This document shows positions 17,325-27,641 of a DNA stretch of 35,852 nucleotides, piece by piece (the first letter of the stretch is position 1; each line of letters starts with the position of its first letter). The position numbers were made by a program, and so were the translations under genes. Below the pieces are notes generated by a model. The model did not search any database. It was not told the DNA's origin and saw only the letters and a program-made list of their open reading frames with translations. This stretch comes from an uncultured Candidatus Saccharibacteria bacterium (GTDB lineage Bacteria; Patescibacteriota; Minisyncoccia; CAIUEV01), in assembly GCA_964602125.1 (NCBI GenBank), contig CAZRPR010000006.1, positions 2,108-37,959 on the forward strand. The letters are read 5' to 3'.

Positions 17325-20192
17325 ATGAAAAATACTTTAGAAAAAATAATCGAGGAAAAAAGCTATGATGACTTAGGACTATGGTGTTTGCCAAACTTGA
17401 GCAAGTTTTCCGACGCCAAAAATCTCTACGAATACCAAATAAACGCTCTTAAAAATATTACCAAAGTGTTGCATGAATATTTTGGAGAGAAAAAAGAAAA
17501 CGAAGACAGGAAAAAACATTTATTCGATTTATATAAACAGTATGGGTTGGATAATAAAAGTTTTTCCGTAAATAAATTTGCAAGCAGGACGGATAGACAA
17601 AACGATAAAATAAATAGCAGATTTTCGCTCTTCCAAAATCATTTCAAAATTTTCGGTGATGGAAATGACGAATATATTTCAGGAGCGAATTTTATGAATC
17701 GTGCCTGTTTTTGGATGGCAACAGGGAGTGGTAAAAGCCTTGTCTTAATAAAGACTATTGAACTTTTGGACTATCTCCAATCGCAAGGATTACTAGACAA
17801 AAAAGAGATCTTGCTTTTGCTCCCTCGCGAAGACCTTATAAAACAATTTGGCAAAGAAGTCGATGAGTTTAATAAGGGAAGAGAAAGACGCCTTGAACTT
17901 ATTAATTTGAAAAAGTATGAGGACGACAAACAAGGCTTTGCCTTTAATAACAGTATTAAAATCTATTATTACAGAAGTGATTTAATTAGAAACGAGAGAA
18001 AAGAGAGCATTCTTGATTATAAAAGTTATGAAAATAACGGTAATTGGTATGTATTCTTAGATGAAGCACATAGAGGAGGAAAAGAGGACTCACTAATGCA
18101 AGATTATGTTTCTATTTTAAGCAAAAATGGATTTTCTTTCAACTTCTCGGCGACTTTTACCGATAGCATAGATTATCTTACGACTTGCTATAATTTTAAC
18201 CTTGAAAAATTTATTCTAGCAGGCTATGGAAAGAATCTATATCTTAGCCAATCGTATTTTGATTTCAACAAAGAGAAAGACGATTTTAGTGAAAGAGAAA
18301 AACAAAAACAAGTAATGAAAGCTCTGATAACTTTTTCTATCGTTAAAAAAGCTAAAAAAGAAAAAACTTATCACCATCCGCTAATGATAGCCTTGGTCAA
18401 TTCGATTAACACAAACGACGCCGATTTACTCATCCTTTTTAATAAGCTAGAAGAAATCGCTATCGGAAAAACTGATGAGCAATTATTTAAAGAGGCTAAA
18501 GAAGATATTTTAATTGATCTCCAAAACCATATCTCTTATGTTTTCGGAGAAGAAAAACTTTATTTTGAAAAGGATATTTTGAGAGAGCTGAAGCCTAAAG
18601 ACATTTTCGAAATGGTTTTTAATGCTTCAGATCAAGGCAAAATAGAGCTCATCGAAGGAGAAAAAGGCAAAGAAATCATTTTAAAATCAGAAAACAGCGA
18701 AAAGCCTTTTGCTCTTATTAAAATTGGAGATGCAGGTAAATTTAAAAAAGAACAGTTAGGAGATGGCTATGCTGTTGTGAAAGGTTTTTACAACAAGAAA
18801 TTCTTTGAAGAGATTAACGACAGTGAAGATATAAATTTGCTCTTAGGAAGTAGGAGTTTCTATGAAGGTTGGGATAGCAATCGTCCCAATGTTATTAGCA
18901 TGATAAATATAGGGAAGCAAGACGCTAAAAAGTTCGTTTTACAAGGAATTGGAAGAGGAATTAGAATCGAACCATTCAAAGGCGAGAGAAAGAGACTGCC
19001 TCAAAATCATGCAGATAAAAATATTTTACTTGAAACATTGTTCGTTTTTGCAACTGATAAAAATGCCGTTAAGGCAATTATAGAAACCGTGGAAAACGAA
19101 AAAAACACCGACGAAGTAGAAATATCACTTTTTGAAAACAAGAAAAAACCTTTTGATTTACTTATTCCTGTGTATGAAGATGAGAAAACGAGAGGAAAAA
19201 TTGCCAAATTTAATATAGAAGCGGAAAGTTTGGAGCGTTTTAAAAACTATCTCGAATCTTTTGACACAAACACCTTGCTTGTTAAAACTGGCATACCTCA
19301 AAAAGACCTCGAATTTTTGCTAAAAGAAATAAAAAACAATGCTTTTTTTCAAATCAAGGAAGAGAATATCTATAGCGATATGGACTTGCTTTTGCAAACA
19401 ATGACAAGCCATGTTTCTGTTAAAAATAAATTTGTGTCGGGAATTAAAGAGGTTGCCGATGAAATAATACACTTTAAACACATAAAAGTTATTAATTTTA
19501 GTGATTCTGATCTGCAAGTTTTTAAAGATGAGATTGAAAAGGTCGGCAATTATGAAGAGATTAAAGAATCGGACATAGACGAGCTTTTCGATAAAGGAAA
19601 AATCAGTAGAGAAGAATATAAAAGAAGAATTAAGGCTGTCGATAGAAATAAATCGGAATCAAGCTTCAAAGATCTTAAAATAAAAAAGATTGCCGAACAT
19701 TATTATTTACCCATTATCTATTCAGAAAAGGAAAAAATAGAATATATCAAGCATGTTATTGAAGTGACCAGTGAAGTAACTTTTATTAAAAACTTAGAAA
19801 AACATCTTGAGTCAAACAAACCTGACTGTGATTGGATGTTTAGTAAGCTCGATCAGAATCTAGATTCCTTTCATCTTCCATATTTTTACAAAAAAGAAAA
19901 TATTTATCGGAAATTTTTTCCAGACTTCATCTTCTGGATTAAAAAAGACAATAATTATAGAATCATTTTCATAGACCCAAAAGGTACCACTAACGCAGAT
20001 TATCAAAACAAAGTGGATGAATTTGAAAAATTATTTTCAGAAAATGGCAAAGCCAAAGTCTTCAAATATAAGAATTTCAAAATAACTTTCGATTTAAAAC
20101 TTGTAGCTCAAGACGTAAACAATGTAAGTGAAAAATATGAAAAATATTGGCTTGGAAATAAAGATTTTGGATTTTTAAAATATAATTTATGA
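17325..20192 (+). CDS. res: Type III R-M system restriction subunit (Res)
   Basis: MATGSGKS, LDEAH, FSAT, EGWD, QGIGRGIR helicase motifs; C-terminal FFPDF...FIDPKG PD-(D/E)xK nuclease. Confidence 0.9.
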   Translation: MKNTLEKIIEEKSYDDLGLWCLPNLSKFSDAKNLYEYQINALKNITKVLHEYFGEKKENEDRKKHLFDLYKQYGLDNKSFSVNKFASRTDRQNDKINSRFSLFQNHFKIFGDGNDEYISGANFMNRACFWMATGSGKSLVLIKTIELLDYLQSQGLLDKKEILLLLPREDLIKQFGKEVDEFNKGRERRLELINLKKYEDDKQGFAFNNSIKIYYYRSDLIRNERKESILDYKSYENNGNWYVFLDEAHRGGKEDSLMQDYVSILSKNGFSFNFSATFTDSIDYLTTCYNFNLEKFILAGYGKNLYLSQSYFDFNKEKDDFSEREKQKQVMKALITFSIVKKAKKEKTYHHPLMIALVNSINTNDADLLILFNKLEEIAIGKTDEQLFKEAKEDILIDLQNHISYVFGEEKLYFEKDILRELKPKDIFEMVFNASDQGKIELIEGEKGKEIILKSENSEKPFALIKIGDAGKFKKEQLGDGYAVVKGFYNKKFFEEINDSEDINLLLGSRSFYEGWDSNRPNVISMINIGKQDAKKFVLQGIGRGIRIEPFKGERKRLPQNHADKNILLETLFVFATDKNAVKAIIETVENEKNTDEVEISLFENKKKPFDLLIPVYEDEKTRGKIAKFNIEAESLERFKNYLESFDTNTLLVKTGIPQKDLEFLLKEIKNNAFFQIKEENIYSDMDLLLQTMTSHVSVKNKFVSGIKEVADEIIHFKHIKVINFSDSDLQVFKDEIEKVGNYEEIKESDIDELFDKGKISREEYKRRIKAVDRNKSESSFKDLKIKKIAEHYYLPIIYSEKEKIEYIKHVIEVTSEVTFIKNLEKHLESNKPDCDWMFSKLDQNLDSFHLPYFYKKENIYRKFFPDFIFWIKKDNNYRIIFIDPKGTTNADYQNKVDEFEKLFSENGKAKVFKYKNFKITFDLKLVAQDVNNVSEKYEKYWLGNKDFGFLKYNL

Positions 20193-21664
20193 AAGCAATA
20201 ATCCTCGCCAGAGTATCAACCGAAGAGCAAAGGGAAGCAGGGAACTCTCTACCCGCTCAAGTTGAGCGTTTGAAGAGCTATTGCAAAAGAAAAGGCTTTG
20301 AGATTGTAAAAACTTTTAGCTTCGATGAAAGTGCCTACAAGACCAAGCGGGACGAGTTTGATAAGATTCTCGAGCATCTTAAAGGCTCAAAAGAGAAAAT
20401 CGCAGTTTGCTTTGATAAAGTGGACAGATTATCAAGAAATGTTTTCGATAAAAGGGTTTCGTTGCTCTACGAAAAAGCTATTGCCGATGAAATTGAATTA
20501 CATTTTGCTTCAGATGGTCAGGTTATAAGCAACAACATGTCGGCCGTTGAGAAATTTCAATTCGGAATGAGTCTTGGTCTGGCTAAATATTATTCCGATG
20601 CTATCAGCGACAACGTAAAGAGAGCTTACGAGCAGAAATTACGCAATGGCGAATGGATTGGGAAAGCTCCGCTGGGATATAAAAACATCGATCTAGAGAA
20701 TGATAAGAAATCAATCGTGGTCGACGAGAGCAGGGCATTTTTAATAAAAAAACTTTTTGAATTATATGCCAGCGGTAAATATTCAATGAAAACACTAACA
20801 AAAGAAATGGCAAAGCAAGGGCTGAAAGGCACAAAAACTGGGGAGCCGATAGCCACCAGCCAAATGGAAAAAATTCTGAAAAATCCCTTTTATTATGGAA
20901 CAATGCGAGTTAAGAAACAATTATATCCTCACAACTACGACCCTATAATTTCTCGCTATCTATTTAATAAAGTGCAAGAAGTCATTAACAGCTATAACCG
21001 ACAAAGATTCAAAAGAACCAACAAACCTTATATTTTTCGAGGATTACTCAAGTGTTCTGATTGCGGATATACCGTTAGCCCTTACACCAAAATAAAGAAA
21101 AACGTCCTTGTTTATTATCGATGCACCAACTACGGTGGTAATTGTAAGAATGTTACCAACATCAAAGAAAAGGAGCTTGTCGATCAAATAGCGGAAGTGT
21201 TTAAGAGTATAAAGCTGGAAGACTCAGTCGTGGATAAATTGAAAGACGAACTGAGAAGAACTCACGAATCGGAAAAAAAGTTTTACGAACAAAGCTTGAG
21301 AACTATTAAAAATAAGCTCGAGAATATCGATAGAAGACTGAAAGTCATGTATGACGATAGATTGGACGGACGTATTACTACGGAAGACTATGACAAGAAA
21401 GTGAAAGAATACGATTCAGAGAAACAAGATTTAATGATTCAGTACGAAGAACATAATAAAGCCGACATAAACTTCTATATTACGGCCAGCAGAGTGCTAG
21501 ACCTGTCCAACAGAGCTTGGGAAATCTTCCAAAGTTCTGAACCAGAAGAAAAAACTCAACTTCTCAAATTTGTACTTAAGAACTTAGAGCTTAGAGGCAG
21601 AAAGCTTGTCTATGAGCTAAAAAATCCCTTTCAAGGGATAGTCGAATACCAAAAAACTGGAAAT

Positions 21665-21679
<15 letters not shown>
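20189..21679 (+). CDS. Large serine recombinase (integrase); 3' end runs into tRNA-Gln
   Basis: LARVSTEEQ catalytic Ser, DRLSRN, APLGY, ILKNPFYYG recombinase domain, CSDCG...YYRC zinc ribbon, coiled coil; stop codon lies inside the tRNA. Confidence 0.95.
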
Positions 21680-21739
<60 letters not shown>

Positions 21740-21892
21740 AACTTACTTGTTCTTTCTATCGCTTTTTTATTAAAAAATCAAACTCGTTATTATTGAGAAG
21801 GGCAGGGGACCAATTTTTATTCTTAAAAATAGAGTGTTAAACTGAAAAAGTCATTGAGACAGCCAATTTTATTACTTTTTATATTCTTACTG

Positions 21893-22717
21893 ATGAAAAC
21901 AAAAAATAAATCCATCGGTATTTTTGATTCCGGTTTCGGCGGATTGAATATTATGCGACATATTGTTAAAGAATTACCAGATTACGATTTTGTTTATCTG
22001 GGCGATACCGCCCGAACGCCTTACGGCACTCGTTCCAAAGATGTGATCTATGAGTTTTCCGTCGAAGCTGTTAATTTTCTCTTTTCGAGACAATGCGAAT
22101 TGATTGTTTTTGCCTGCAACACCGCTTCCAGCGATGCAATTAGAAAGATACAACAAGAACTTTTGCCCAAAAAATTTCCTCAAAAAAGAGTGCTTGGCGT
22201 GATTATTCCGGCAGCGGAATCGGCTGGAGAAAAGACTAAAAATCTAAGAGTGGGCGTCATGGCCACAGAGGGCACAGTCAAATCGGGTTCTTTCGAGCGA
22301 GAGTTGAAAAAAATCAACCCGAAAATAAAAGTTTTTCAAAAAGCTTGTCCACTTTTGGTCCCGATTGTTGAGGCAGGGGAACACCATTCAAAAATTACTC
22401 CGATTATACTCAAAAAATATCTAAATCCTTTAATGAAGCAAAAAATAGATACCTTAATTCTGGGTTGCACCCACTATGGCATCCTCAAAAATCAGATTAA
22501 AAAAATAGTCGGCGAGAAAATAAAGATAATTTCCGAAGCGGAAATCGTGGCGGAAAAATTAAAGGATTATCTGAAACGCCATCCGGAAATTGAGTCCAAA
22601 TTAAGCAAGAAGGGAAGTCGAATTTTCTTCTCCACCGATCTAACGGAAAACTTTCAAAAATTGGGTAGTAAATTTTTTGGTCAGAATATCGAAGTCAAAA
22701 AAGCGGAACTTAATTAG
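21893..22717 (+). CDS. murI: Glutamate racemase
   Basis: IGIFDSGFGGL, PYG, ACNTAS and LGCTHY motifs; ATG at 21893. Confidence 0.96.
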   Translation: MKTKNKSIGIFDSGFGGLNIMRHIVKELPDYDFVYLGDTARTPYGTRSKDVIYEFSVEAVNFLFSRQCELIVFACNTASSDAIRKIQQELLPKKFPQKRVLGVIIPAAESAGEKTKNLRVGVMATEGTVKSGSFERELKKINPKIKVFQKACPLLVPIVEAGEHHSKITPIILKKYLNPLMKQKIDTLILGCTHYGILKNQIKKIVGEKIKIISEAEIVAEKLKDYLKRHPEIESKLSKKGSRIFFSTDLTENFQKLGSKFFGQNIEVKKAELN

Positions 22718-22812
22718 CTTAACAATTTTAATCTAAACAAAATCCCAAATCGACGCAGGAATAAAGAGGTTTTACAATAAAGTTTGTTCACCTAACCTAT
22801 TTGAAGAAAAAA

Positions 22813-23631
22813 ATGCTTGGAAAAATCACAAAAAACATTCCCATTCACTCTCGCTGGAAGCTTGCCCTCAGAACTTTGCCTCTAATAATTTTTATTGTTT
22901 TAGTTAAATTCGGTATTCATCAGCTTGGATATGAATTTTTAAGCCTGAACTCACTTTTTACCGCCATCATATCGGCTAATATTTTTTTAATTGGATTTCT
23001 CCTGTCTGGAACGCTAGTTGATTATAAAGAGAGTGAAAAATTACCAGGTGATCTCTCCGCTAGTATTGAAGCGATGGCCGATGAGGGTTCTATTATTTAC
23101 GAAAACAATAAGAGCACTGAAGCGAAAAATTTCCTGCTAAAACTATTAAATTTCAACGAAGCCTTGATTAGTTGGTTACATAAAAAAGAGAAAACCGACA
23201 AAATAATGGGGGCTTTGTTTGATTTTAATAAAGACTTTTTGGTTTTCGAGAAGCAGACTCAGGCCAACTTCATTGTTCGTATGAAACAAGAGCAAAATAC
23301 AATCAGAAAAATAGTCAACAGAATTCATACCATAAGAGAAACCTCCTTTCTTGCCACCGGCTACGCCATATCTGAAATAATTACCTTCGTCCTTGTAGCC
23401 GGATTAATTTTTATAAAAATGGATCCATTTTATGAAAGTATTTTTTTTGTTTCCTTTGTTAGCTTTATTCTTGTTTACATGATCAGATTTATAAAAGATC
23501 TAGACAATCCGTTTGAATATGAAACAAAAAATAGCTCCATCGACGAAGTTTCTCTAAAACCGCTACTTGATTCCAAGAACCGCCTCAATTTAATTTGCAT
23601 AAACGCAAATAAAGAAAAATCCCAAAAATAA
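22813..23631 (+). CDS. 4-TM membrane protein (DUF4239/bestrophin-like)
   Basis: 2+2 TM layout with a soluble middle region and C-terminal IKDLDNPF; co-transcribed with the ATPase. Confidence 0.55.
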   Translation: MLGKITKNIPIHSRWKLALRTLPLIIFIVLVKFGIHQLGYEFLSLNSLFTAIISANIFLIGFLLSGTLVDYKESEKLPGDLSASIEAMADEGSIIYENNKSTEAKNFLLKLLNFNEALISWLHKKEKTDKIMGALFDFNKDFLVFEKQTQANFIVRMKQEQNTIRKIVNRIHTIRETSFLATGYAISEIITFVLVAGLIFIKMDPFYESIFFVSFVSFILVYMIRFIKDLDNPFEYETKNSSIDEVSLKPLLDSKNRLNLICINANKEKSQK

Positions 23632-23636
23632 AGAAG

Positions 23637-25541
23637 ATGAAAAAAATCCATACAGCAAAAGATAAATTTCGAACAATTTATAACAAATCGGCCCTACCTA
23701 AATCCGAAGTAGCTTTATTGATTTTTTTAGTAATTGCTCTGATTACTCACTACTCAAAAATTCTTTCTTCCGGTTTCGATTCAGCTTTATTAGCTTTCTT
23801 TGCTAGCGTGGCCACCTTGCCCGTGATTTTGAGTGCCTATCGTTCGCTAAAAAACAAAAAAATAACAGTTGACCTTTTAGCTTCCATTGCTCTGATTGTC
23901 TCTATTCTTAACCAATATTGGGCTTCGGCGGTTTTTATTAATTTAATGTTAACCTCTGCTAGAATATTCGACAGTTATGTTCAAACGCGAGGTCGAAATG
24001 CCATCAAAAGCCTTCTAAAACTAAGACCGGAAAAGGTTAAAGTAAAAATCGGCAAAAAAATTATCGAAAAAACTCCTGATGAAATAAGTAAGGGAGATTT
24101 AATAGTAGTAGAGCTTGGTGACAGAATTCCCGTCGATGGAATAGTTGAAAGCGGTCAGGCTCAAATCGACCAGTCTTCTTTGACTGGAGAGTCATTGCCG
24201 GCTGACAAAAAAGTGGGGGACAAAGTTCTAAGTTCTACTCTCAACATATCGGGCTCACTGGTTATTCGAGCAGAAAAAGTTGGTAAAGACACTACTTTTG
24301 AAAAAATAATCAAACTTGTGGAAGAATCCCAAAAAGGTAAAATTACCATCGAAACAACTATTGAAAAATTTACCGGTCGCTATATTATAATCACTTTTGT
24401 CGTCGCTATATTAATTTATGTCGTCACCAAAGATCTAAGTCTTGTTCTCTCTGTTCTTCTTGTGACGTGCGCCGACGACATTGCCATAGCTATTCCGATG
24501 GCCTTCTCTGCCGGTATCGCTTCGGCCGCTAAAAGAGGAATTATTATTAAGGGCGGCGCTTTTTTAGAAGCCTTAAATAGTGCTAAAACAGTTATTGTCG
24601 ACAAGACCGGCACCCTAACCAAAATGAAATTAAAAGTTAAAAAAATAGTTCCCCTAAAAAATCACGAAGAAGCGGAAATTATTTCCTTAGCTGCCAGTGC
24701 CGATTTTTTTTCTAACCACCCAATCGCCCAAACTATAATAGCATCTGCAGAAAAAAAAAGAATTCGATTCACAAAATCATCCAGATTCAAAGAATATCCG
24801 GGTAAAGGCTCTCAGGCTTTTTTGAGAAACAAAGTTATTACTTGTGGCAAAATTGATTTTCTTAAAGAAAAAAAGGTTGAGATCGAAAAAGAAGAAAAAT
24901 CACTAATAGCAAAAGCGATAAAAAATTTTAATGGCAGCATCCTTTATCTTGCCCTCAACAAACAACTGATCGGATTAATTTTGATGGAGGACGAAGTCAG
25001 ACCGGAAGCTAAAGAAACTGTAGAAAAATTAAAGTCTCTTGGAGTCAAAGAAATTATAATGCTGACGGGAGATAACGAACGAGTCGCAAAGAAAGTTTCT
25101 TCTGAAGTGGGAGTCACTTCCTTCCACGCTAATCTTTTTCCGGAAGAAAAAGTGGCTTACGTTAAAAAATATCTCAGTCAAAAAAGCAAGGTTGTTATGG
25201 TTGGAGATGGAGTTAATGACGCAGCTGCCCTAGCCGCTTCCGACATTGGCATCGCTATGGGGGCGGCTGGCGCCGACACGGCTGTTGAAGCCTCAGACAT
25301 CGCTCTGATGAAAAATGATTTTTCAAAAGTAGCCGAAGCTTTTGAGCTAAGTAAAAAAGTTAATCGAATTTCTCGCCAAGACTTTTGGATTTGGGGCTTT
25401 GTAAACTCGGCCGGTTTATTTTTAGTCTTCAGTAAGATGATTGGGCCAGAGGGAGCCGCTTTGTTTAATTTTGTTACTGACTTCCTACCACTTTTAAATT
25501 CAGTTAGAATGTTCACCTATCGACCAAGTAGAAACAGATAA
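23637..25541 (+). CDS. P1B-type heavy-metal-translocating ATPase with atypical metal motif
   Basis: TGES, DKTGTLT, HP, MLTGD, GDGVNDA; no N-terminal CxxC domain; CADD in place of CPC. Confidence 0.93.
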   Translation: MKKIHTAKDKFRTIYNKSALPKSEVALLIFLVIALITHYSKILSSGFDSALLAFFASVATLPVILSAYRSLKNKKITVDLLASIALIVSILNQYWASAVFINLMLTSARIFDSYVQTRGRNAIKSLLKLRPEKVKVKIGKKIIEKTPDEISKGDLIVVELGDRIPVDGIVESGQAQIDQSSLTGESLPADKKVGDKVLSSTLNISGSLVIRAEKVGKDTTFEKIIKLVEESQKGKITIETTIEKFTGRYIIITFVVAILIYVVTKDLSLVLSVLLVTCADDIAIAIPMAFSAGIASAAKRGIIIKGGAFLEALNSAKTVIVDKTGTLTKMKLKVKKIVPLKNHEEAEIISLAASADFFSNHPIAQTIIASAEKKRIRFTKSSRFKEYPGKGSQAFLRNKVITCGKIDFLKEKKVEIEKEEKSLIAKAIKNFNGSILYLALNKQLIGLILMEDEVRPEAKETVEKLKSLGVKEIIMLTGDNERVAKKVSSEVGVTSFHANLFPEEKVAYVKKYLSQKSKVVMVGDGVNDAAALAASDIGIAMGAAGADTAVEASDIALMKNDFSKVAEAFELSKKVNRISRQDFWIWGFVNSAGLFLVFSKMIGPEGAALFNFVTDFLPLLNSVRMFTYRPSRNR

Positions 25542-25584
25542 ATTTTATCGACAGAAGAAAAAAAACAAGCTAGAAAAAGAAGAT

Positions 25585-25669
25585 GGAGAGGTCGCATAGT
25601 GGTCTAGTGCGTCTGACTTGAAATCAGATGTGTCGCAAGGCACCCAGGGTTCGAATCCCTGCCTCTCCG
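25585..25669 (+). tRNA. tRNA-Ser (TGA), CCA not encoded
   Basis: GGAGAGG/CCTCTCC acceptor stem, TCTGA-CTTGAAA-TCAGA anticodon arm, long variable arm, GTTCGAA T-loop. Confidence 0.96.
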
Positions 25670-25803
25670 CATCTACAATTTTGTATCGTGCAGACTCACA
25701 CGCCTGCAGTATTGAAGCTATGTTTGGGCAATTTTGGTTACAAATGAAAAAGGCAATAATGGCAATAATTGTTGTCTTTTTTCTTTTCCCGGCTTATTTA
25801 AGT

Positions 25804-27132
25804 TTAAGCCACTAGTTTTAGTTTCTTATCTTTGTAAATTATCTTCGATCTCAAATTTCCCAGCAATTCCCTTTTTTCCGAAACCGCTCCTTCTTTAAGT
25901 AGATATTTAGCGTAATTTCGAATATTTGTTTCTTTACTAGTCTTTATCTCAAAACTTTCTCCCATAACCGATCTTTGAAAAATATTGAATCTGGTAATCT
26001 CATCTTCCAGTTTTTGCCTCATTCCCAGCTCGTTAATATCCATTTTATCGATAATTTTTAGCAGTTCCGTAATTAAATCTTCCTCCCGAATATACTTGTT
26101 TTTGCAATGTCGATCCCTAGCCCTTGAGCAGGAATAATAGATGTACTTGGCATGAGTGCCGTCTTTAAGCAGTTTGTATTTTTCTTCGGCTGATATACCC
26201 GATCCGCAATGGCCGCAGGTGAAGAGTTTAGTAAAGGAAAATTCATGGTTTTGCCTTACGATTTTGTCTCTTTTCAACCACGCTTGAGCTTTTTCGAAGA
26301 GTTCCTGGGTAATAATGGGTTCATGTTTTCCGGTATACCAGTTACCACCCTTGATTGGATATTCAAATATTCCGTAATAAAAGGGGTTATCCAATACTCG
26401 ATAGACACCGGCCAGTGTCAGTGGTTTGTTACCCCTGGTGTAGAAATTGAGTTCATACCTGAGCCAGTGGTAAATCTTTCTGCCTGAATAATGTTCATGG
26501 GCTACTTTTTCAAATATTTTTCTGATGGCCGGCGCTCTTTGGGGATCTTGGATAACTTGGCATTTTTTGTCCATATGTTTTTGATTGAGGTATCCTAGCG
26601 GAGCGACAGTCGGCCATAACCCCATTTCACATCTAGCTCGGAGTCCTCTTTTTACGTTAATTCCTCGATTATCGTTTTCTAATTTAGCCTGAGAACCCAA
26701 TATCATCAGAAGGAACTTCTCATTAGGAGAATTAGTGAATCTTTGCCCGTAAGTCCGGATTTCTTTTAATGCTCCGCTATCCATAAGGTCAACTATTTTC
26801 CCCAGATCTCCGGCGTTTCTTGATATACGATCCGGTGCCCAGGTGAGGATCCCGTTGAATTTCTCTTGCTGGATTTCTTCCACAATCTCGTTAAAGACTG
26901 GTCTTTTTCCGGTTTCTTTGGCTGAATGGGATTCCCGCTTGATATTAACGATATTTAGGTTTTCCCGCTCAGCTAGATTCAGCATTTCTTTGATCTGCGA
27001 ATCGATTGATAGTATCTGTCTTTCCTCAGATTCAGAGCTTTTCCGTGCGTAAAGGCAGTAATTTACTACTTCTTGTTTTACCGGTTGATAGCTGGGAGCT
27101 ATATTTTGGATCTGTTGAGTAGCGACATTCAT
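25804..27132 (-). CDS. Large serine recombinase
   Basis: YARKSSES, DRISRN, APLGY, VLDNPFYYG, HEPII, CGHCG...YYSC zinc ribbon. Confidence 0.94.
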   Translation of the reverse strand: MNVATQQIQNIAPSYQPVKQEVVNYCLYARKSSESEERQILSIDSQIKEMLNLAERENLNIVNIKRESHSAKETGKRPVFNEIVEEIQQEKFNGILTWAPDRISRNAGDLGKIVDLMDSGALKEIRTYGQRFTNSPNEKFLLMILGSQAKLENDNRGINVKRGLRARCEMGLWPTVAPLGYLNQKHMDKKCQVIQDPQRAPAIRKIFEKVAHEHYSGRKIYHWLRYELNFYTRGNKPLTLAGVYRVLDNPFYYGIFEYPIKGGNWYTGKHEPIITQELFEKAQAWLKRDKIVRQNHEFSFTKLFTCGHCGSGISAEEKYKLLKDGTHAKYIYYSCSRARDRHCKNKYIREEDLITELLKIIDKMDINELGMRQKLEDEITRFNIFQRSVMGESFEIKTSKETNIRNYAKYLLKEGAVSEKRELLGNLRSKIIYKDKKLKLVA

Positions 27133-27327
27133 GTGTTTTTTTGTTAATTATTATCTATCTTTAACACAAGGAATGACGCAACCCTTAAGTTTGTCAAGGC
27201 CAAAAGCCCGCTATTCTCAATATCCTCTTGAACATTTGCTAAAATGCTAATCTTAAAATTACCCTAAAAAACCATCCCTAAAGATTTCCCTGATTCTAAT
27301 TCCTATACTATATTATAGCTACAATTT

Positions 27328-27496
27328 GGCCGCCTAAACTTACGTCTTCGGGCGTAGGCATGGCATCAAAACCTCGTTGATAGAAACGGTCTCCTGTAGA
27401 CCGGCGCTCATCAACGAGGTCTATGTCCGAAAGGATATAGGACGATTCCGAAAGGTTTCGTCGCCGGCTCAGGGGACCTTTTTTGTTTTCTGAGTC
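27328..27496 (+). ncRNA. Unassigned structured RNA (leader or ncRNA)
   Basis: Four hairpins: one cUUCGg-capped with a CCUAAA/CAUGG receptor, one 11-bp perfect stem, two GAAA-capped; G-U pairs and tetraloops indicate the + strand. Confidence 0.7.
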
Positions 27497-27641
27497 AAGA
27501 ATATTAACAAATATTTAATCAGGAAACAGATGGAGAAAAAAATTCATCGAGCCAATGTAAGGAAAGTTTCGTACCCCATCATCAAGCTTTGTCTCACGCT
27601 ACTGAATATTCTGTAGCTTTTTTTATTTTTAAATCATTTAA

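Noticed and set aside
25618-25815. 65-aa ORF in the track
   Set aside because: It starts inside tRNA-Ser; shadow ORF.
27328-27480. c-di-GMP-I riboswitch or tRNA call for the structured region
   Set aside because: The receptor hairpin precedes the GAAA loops, the GCAAA-type conserved core is absent, and there is no cloverleaf or T-loop; left unassigned.
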